Assembly (NCBI GenBank): GCA_963754315.1
Contig: CAVWFS010000007.1
Span: forward strand, 160,001 to 224,000
DNA from: an uncultured Candidatus Rokubacteria bacterium
Lineage (GTDB): Bacteria > Methylomirabilota > Methylomirabilia > Rokubacteriales > CSP1-6
Length of the DNA stretch: 64,000 bases
Direction of reading: 5' to 3'
A program made the translations under genes and the position numbers. Below the pieces are notes generated by a model that had not been told where the DNA came from, ran no database searches, and worked only from the letters and a program-made list of their open reading frames with translations. Shown here in pieces: positions 59,143 through 64,000 of this stretch (the stretch's first letter is position 1; each line of letters begins with the position of its first letter).

Positions 59143-61008
59143 GTGGCCCTTCTCTTGACTATCCTCACCGATCTGCACGATTCCTCGGCCCGGCGCACCC
59201 TCAGCGCTCTGCCCGGCACGTCCATCCTGAAGGTAGCCCAGGCGGGGAGGGTGGACATCACCGCGACCTGTGGAGGCCGCGGGCGATGCACATCGTGCCG
59301 CGTGAAGTTCGTGGCGGGTCCGATCTCCCCTCCCACGATCATGGACGTGGTCCAGCTGGGGGCGGACCAGGTGCGTGAGGGCTATCGCCTTTCGTGTCAG
59401 TGTCGGCTCGAGGAGTCGATCACAATCCAGGTGGCGCCCCCGCTCGAAGAGCTCTCGTTTCAGATGCTGGATGCCGGCGACCGGACGGGAGAACTCGGAC
59501 GGGTGGCCATCGATTCGGGGCTTGACAAGCAGCTTGTGAAAGTCGCGCTGCCACGCGAGGAGCATCACCAGACCTCGGACCTCGAGCAGCTCTTAGCGGC
59601 CGTGGGGGCCGAGCCCACCGCGGTCGGCCCGAGCGTCTTGGCTGGTCTGCCCCGTGCCCTGCGCGACGATCCCGCCGGCGCGACGGTCACCACCTTCGGC
59701 GGCCGTATCATTGCCGTCGAGCGCGGTGACACGACCTCCATGAAGTTCGGACTCGCCATCGACGTCGGTACGACCAGCGTGGTCACCACGCTCATCGAGC
59801 TGACCTCGGGCGAGCAGTTGGCCTCCGTCTCCAGCCTGAATCCGCAGGCTGTCTTCGGCGGCGATCTCATGTCACGCATCGCCTTTGCCCAGTTCCACCC
59901 GACCAACCTGCGCAAGCTCACCACTCGTATCGTGGGCTTGCTCAACCGTCACATCGCCGAGATCTGCGGGCAGGCCGGGGTATTGCCGAAGTGGATCTAC
60001 AAGATCGTCGTGGTGGGCAATACGTGCATGCATCATCTGCTGCTGGGCATCGATCCGTCCTGGGTCGGTCTTGCTCCCTACGCGCCGGTGTTGCGCCATC
60101 CCCTCGTTCTGCCCGCCCGCGACCTGTTCTTACGGGTGGCGCCGGAGGCTCAGGTGTGCTTGCTGCCCATCGTCGCCGGGTTCGTAGGGGCCGACGCCGT
60201 GGCGGTGGCTCTGGCCACCCGCATTTACGCGTCGCCCACGATCCGAGTGGCGGTCGACATCGGGACGAACGGCGAGGTCCTGCTCGGCTCGCGCCAGCGT
60301 CTCTGGGCCGCTTCCGCCCCGGCCGGCCCCGCCCTGGAGGGTGCTCAGATCCGTCATGGCATGCGCGCTGCCCTTGGTGCCATCGACCGGGTGCGGGTCG
60401 GAGAGGACATCGAGGTGCACACCATCGGGGAGACAGCCGCCATCGGCATCTGCGGGTCGGGTCTCATCGACCTCATCGCCGGGCTTCTCGACGTGGGTGC
60501 GATCGATCCTACGGGCCTCATCCAAGTGGAGGAGCCTGGGCGGTTCCCCCTCCCGCTCCGGGCGCGGATTCATATGCGTGGCGAGGAACGTCTGGTGGTG
60601 GTGCGGCACCCAGGCGAGTCGGGCGCGACGCGTGAGATCGTTCTGACGCAGGACGACGTGCGCCAGGTTCAACTCGCCAAGGGCGCGATCGCGTCGGGGG
60701 TGGCCCTGTTGCAGCATGTGGCCGGCGTCACCGCCGCTGAGATCGAGGAGCTGATGCTGGCGGGCGGCTTCGGCAATTACGTCTCCATCGCGAGCGCGCT
60801 GCGCATCGGCCTCGTACCCGCGCTGCCGGCCTCGCGCATTCGCTACGTCGGCAACGCCGCGTCCCTGGGCGCACAGATGTGCTTGCTCTCCGAGACCGAG
60901 CGGGCCACGTCTGCCCGCATCGCCAGGGACATCGAGCACGTGTCGCTCGCCACCCACCCGGATTTCGAGGAGATCTTCGTGGACAGCATGAACTTTCCGC
61001 CCCCATGA
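59143..61008 (+). CDS. ASKHA-domain/2Fe-2S protein (RACo/DUF4445 corrinoid reductive activator family)
   Basis: TCGGRGRCTSC..RLSCQ [2Fe-2S] motif, AIDVGTTS, FGGDLMSRI, VDIGTNGE, GPALEG, GICGSG, LAGGFG. Confidence 0.9.
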   Translation: MALLLTILTDLHDSSARRTLSALPGTSILKVAQAGRVDITATCGGRGRCTSCRVKFVAGPISPPTIMDVVQLGADQVREGYRLSCQCRLEESITIQVAPPLEELSFQMLDAGDRTGELGRVAIDSGLDKQLVKVALPREEHHQTSDLEQLLAAVGAEPTAVGPSVLAGLPRALRDDPAGATVTTFGGRIIAVERGDTTSMKFGLAIDVGTTSVVTTLIELTSGEQLASVSSLNPQAVFGGDLMSRIAFAQFHPTNLRKLTTRIVGLLNRHIAEICGQAGVLPKWIYKIVVVGNTCMHHLLLGIDPSWVGLAPYAPVLRHPLVLPARDLFLRVAPEAQVCLLPIVAGFVGADAVAVALATRIYASPTIRVAVDIGTNGEVLLGSRQRLWAASAPAGPALEGAQIRHGMRAALGAIDRVRVGEDIEVHTIGETAAIGICGSGLIDLIAGLLDVGAIDPTGLIQVEEPGRFPLPLRARIHMRGEERLVVVRHPGESGATREIVLTQDDVRQVQLAKGAIASGVALLQHVAGVTAAEIEELMLAGGFGNYVSIASALRIGLVPALPASRIRYVGNAASLGAQMCLLSETERATSARIARDIEHVSLATHPDFEEIFVDSMNFPPP

Positions 61009-61877
61009 CAGTGGAGCCCGCGCCTTCACCGAGGGCGGCGCCCATCAAGGCTGACATCGTTGGCCGCGAAGCGGGACCGCGACGAGAACGCATCGACGCC
61101 AGATGGCTCATGGCATACGCGGCGGGTGCCGGGGCGCACGATCCGCGCTTCTTCGACACGACCAGGGCCGAGGGGCCCCTCGCCCATCCGCTCTTCACCG
61201 TCTGCTACGAGTGGCCGCTCATGATCGACATTCGCTCCGAGGTCATCGGCGAAGCCGCAGCGCCGTTCAGCGTCCATGCCACGCACCACCTCGTGCTGCA
61301 TCGGTTGCCGCGGGCGGGGGACCAGCTTTCGACCAGGGCGCGCGTGACGGGTGTCTCTCCCTGGCGCTCTGGTACGCTCGTGGTCGTCCGGCTGCTGACC
61401 GTGGATGAGCGTGGAGAGACGGTGAGCGAGACTGACTATGGCTCGCTCTTGCGCGGTATTCCGGTGGAAGGCGTTGCCCCGCCCGTCGAGCCTCGACGTG
61501 GGCGGCGCGAGTCGAGTCCCACACGTTGGAGTGAACCCATCGAAGTGCCCTACCACAGCGCCCACGTCTACACGGAGTGCGCCCGCATTTGGAATCCAAT
61601 CCATACTGACCTGGCCGTGGCCCGCGCGGCAGGATTGCCGGGGCCGATCCTGCACGGCACGGCCACCCTGGCCCTGGCTGTCTCCCGTCTCGTCGAGCGA
61701 GAACTAGCAGGCGAGACCGCGCGGGTGCGGGGCATCGCCGGTCGATTTAGCGGCATGGTGTCCCTGCCCTCCACCATCGTGGTGCGGGCGGCAGAGCGCA
61801 GGGGCGACGGCCTGGCCTTCGATGTGGTGACGGCGGCGGGCACTCCCCTCATCAGCGAAGGGGTCCTTCACCTATGA
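61005..61877 (+). CDS. MaoC-type double hot-dog dehydratase
   Basis: AHPLF, SVHATHHL and the WNPIHTD..AGLPGPILHG hydratase-2 motif; ATGA-coupled on both sides. Confidence 0.85.
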   Translation: MTVEPAPSPRAAPIKADIVGREAGPRRERIDARWLMAYAAGAGAHDPRFFDTTRAEGPLAHPLFTVCYEWPLMIDIRSEVIGEAAAPFSVHATHHLVLHRLPRAGDQLSTRARVTGVSPWRSGTLVVVRLLTVDERGETVSETDYGSLLRGIPVEGVAPPVEPRRGRRESSPTRWSEPIEVPYHSAHVYTECARIWNPIHTDLAVARAAGLPGPILHGTATLALAVSRLVERELAGETARVRGIAGRFSGMVSLPSTIVVRAAERRGDGLAFDVVTAAGTPLISEGVLHL

Positions 61878-62899
61878 AGCAGATGGGACGACGCGAGCGC
61901 CTCCTGGCCGCCCTCAGCCGCCAGCCCGTCGATCGGGTGCCGTACGCGGTGTGGCGTCATTTCCCGGCGGTCGATCGCTCTCCAGCGGGTCTCGCGCAGT
62001 CGACGCTCCGTTTCCACGAACGCTACGGCTCGGATTTCCTCAAGATCACCCCGGCCGGCGGCTATGCGGTGGCCGCGTGGGGCTGCATCGAAGATACGAT
62101 GGTACAGCCCGATGGCCATCGGCCCTGCGCATCATGCGCGGTGCGCGAGGCCTCCGACTGGACGAAGATTCGAGAGCTGGATCCGGGCTCGGCCGAAGGG
62201 TATGTCGAGCACATCGAGACGATCATCCGGATGGGCTTCGATAGGCGGGTGGGTGATGCCCCGGTGCTGCCCACCCTGTTCTCGCCGCTCTCGCTGGCGC
62301 GCAAGCTCTCGGGGGACCGTCTCAACCTCGATCTGCGCGAGCATCCGGACCGTGTGACGTCCGCCCTGGAGGGCATCACCGCCACCCTCATCCGGTTCGC
62401 TGAGCTGGCTCTGAGCGAAGGAGTGTCGGGCATCTTCTATTCGATCCAGGCGGCGAGCTACCGCCTGCATTCGGAGGAAGAATACGCGCGCTTCGGAGAG
62501 CCCTACGATCGGCGCGTGCTCGAGTCGATTCGCGCCAGGTCGATCCTCACCATCATCCACGCGCACGGCGACCGACTCATGTTCGACCGCCTCGCCCAGC
62601 TCCCCGGCCACGCCTGGAACTGGGACGATCGTGCGACGCCCCCTACCCTGCGCGAGGGGCATGCCGTGGTACCCGGGGCCGTCGTCGGAGGGTTGAACCA
62701 GTGGGCAACCTTGCGGGACGGGACACCGGAACAGGCAGTGGAGGAAACCGACGATGCCATCGCCCAGACCGACGGCATCGGGCTCATCGTGGGCACCGGC
62801 TGCGTCCTCCCCATGAACACGCCCGACACGAACGTGGCGGCCGTGGTCCGCCGGCTCGGCGGACCCCTCAAGCCCCTGCCCGGTGTGAAGCTCGAGTGA
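61874..62899 (+). CDS. UroD/MtaA-fold protein (uroporphyrinogen decarboxylase superfamily)
   Basis: RERLLAAL..VDRVP..WRHF, PTLFSPLS, IIHAHG, LIVGTGCVLP; lacks the HemE RQAGRY motif. Confidence 0.82.
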   Translation: MKQMGRRERLLAALSRQPVDRVPYAVWRHFPAVDRSPAGLAQSTLRFHERYGSDFLKITPAGGYAVAAWGCIEDTMVQPDGHRPCASCAVREASDWTKIRELDPGSAEGYVEHIETIIRMGFDRRVGDAPVLPTLFSPLSLARKLSGDRLNLDLREHPDRVTSALEGITATLIRFAELALSEGVSGIFYSIQAASYRLHSEEEYARFGEPYDRRVLESIRARSILTIIHAHGDRLMFDRLAQLPGHAWNWDDRATPPTLREGHAVVPGAVVGGLNQWATLRDGTPEQAVEETDDAIAQTDGIGLIVGTGCVLPMNTPDTNVAAVVRRLGGPLKPLPGVKLE

Positions 62900-62902
62900 T
62901 TG

Positions 62903-63982
62903 TTACTTCCCTACATTGAAACGGAAGTGGCAGATTTCACCGTCGTGGACAATGTAATCCTTACCTTCGAGGCGAAGTTGGCCCTTGGCTCGGACCTCGG
63001 CCAGTGAGCCGCGGGCCGCGAGCAGGTCATCGTAGCCGGTCACTTCAGCGCGAATGAATCCCCGTGCAATATCCGAATGCACCGCGGCGGCAGCATCCTG
63101 GGCGCGGGTGCCGTGAATGATCGACCATGCGCGCACCTCGTCGTCACCCACCGTGAAGAAGGAGATGAGGCCGAGCAGCGCGTAGCAGTCTCTCAGGACA
63201 CGGTTGATAGCGGGCTCACGCAGACCGAGGTCGGACAGGAACGCCTCGCGCTCCTCGCCCGCCAGCTGCGCGACCTCGGCCTCGATGACGGCCGACACCC
63301 ACCCCACGCGCGTGCGCGGACGTGCGGCTATGTCGCCAAGACCGTAGGTCTCGACGATCTGGTCACCGTCCGCGACGCCCTTCTCGTGCAGGTTGATGCA
63401 ATGCAGGATGGGCTTCTCGGAGAGGAAGGTGAAGCCACGGGTCAGGCGGGCTTCGTCAGCAGTCAAGGCCAGCGCGCGCAGCGGCTTCTCGTCTTCTAGC
63501 TCGCCCTTCAGCCGGCGAAGCACAGCCTGTTCCGCGACCTCCCCGTCCGTTCGCCGCTTACGGATCGACACCTCGAGCCGATCCAGGCGCCGCTCCACCA
63601 CCTCGAGGTCGGCCAGCAGGAGTTCCGTCTCCAGGTCGACGATGTCACGCTTCGGCTCGGCCACCCCCAACGCGGCATCATCGAAGGCCCGCACCACGTG
63701 GAGCAGGGCGTCGGCGGCGCGAAACTCGCGCGCTTCGAGAGGAGCCCGCTCCCCCTTGGCGATCCCGGCCAGATCGACGACCTCGAACGTCGCGAAGGTG
63801 GTCTTCTTCGGCGTGAATAGCGCGCTGAGCTGATCGACACGGGCATCCGGTACGCGCGCTACCCCCGTGTGCAGCTCAACTCGCCCCGGTTCAAATCGCG
63901 AGGTCGCCACGCTTGCCCCGGTGAGCAGATTGAACAGAGTCGTCTTGCCACTGCGGGGAAGTCCGATCAGCCCGATCTTCAC
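62903..63982 (-). CDS. ychF: Obg-family ATPase YchF
   Basis: GLIGLPRSGKTTLFN, DLAG, FFTVGDDEVRAW, HSDIARGFIRAE, EGKDYIVHDGE. Confidence 0.94.
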   Translation of the reverse strand: MKIGLIGLPRSGKTTLFNLLTGASVATSRFEPGRVELHTGVARVPDARVDQLSALFTPKKTTFATFEVVDLAGIAKGERAPLEAREFRAADALLHVVRAFDDAALGVAEPKRDIVDLETELLLADLEVVERRLDRLEVSIRKRRTDGEVAEQAVLRRLKGELEDEKPLRALALTADEARLTRGFTFLSEKPILHCINLHEKGVADGDQIVETYGLGDIAARPRTRVGWVSAVIEAEVAQLAGEEREAFLSDLGLREPAINRVLRDCYALLGLISFFTVGDDEVRAWSIIHGTRAQDAAAAVHSDIARGFIRAEVTGYDDLLAARGSLAEVRAKGQLRLEGKDYIVHDGEICHFRFNVGK

Positions 63983-64000
63983 CGGGTCATTATGCCACCG

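Noticed and set aside
61874..62899. Calling the UroD-fold gene hemE
   Set aside because: It lacks the RQAGRY signature and is coupled to a RACo-type gene rather than the hem cluster.

Overview
A GC-rich bacterial chromosomal window, almost all on the minus strand. Gene content and order suggest a Rokubacteria/Methylomirabilota- or Nitrospirota/Deltaproteobacteria-like organism; this is an inference. It holds a partial tRNA-Gly; galT, gpsA, plsY, pgsA, comB; dprA-topA-xerC-hslVU-argBDFG; moeA; an Alternative Complex III (actA-F); a heme cluster (ccsA-like, hemACDB, hemL) interrupted by an Rrf2-cysK-sulfur carrier-JAMM module; ppdK-ilvBNC-psd-pssA-leuB-asd-truA; a three-subunit oxalate-oxidoreductase-like enzyme with a TctCBA transporter and a FadR-type regulator; mscL; a pcaD-like hydrolase; MocR-pdxST; an amidase with a GatC-like partner; a RACo/MaoC/UroD-fold cluster; and ychF. 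The best findings are: (1) the OOR-like operon, with a promoter, a candidate operator and an apparently altered active-site loop; (2) a 28-codon Val/Ile/Leu leader-peptide attenuator, too short for the ORF track, that lies in front of ppdK rather than ilvB; (3) a family of intergenic double-hairpin repeats with covarying stems. Three genes (hemB, asd, oxidoreductase alpha) each carry a +1 frameshift, probably sequencing errors. I saw no CRISPR array, prophage or transposase. Product calls rest on recognised motifs and gene context, not on database searches.
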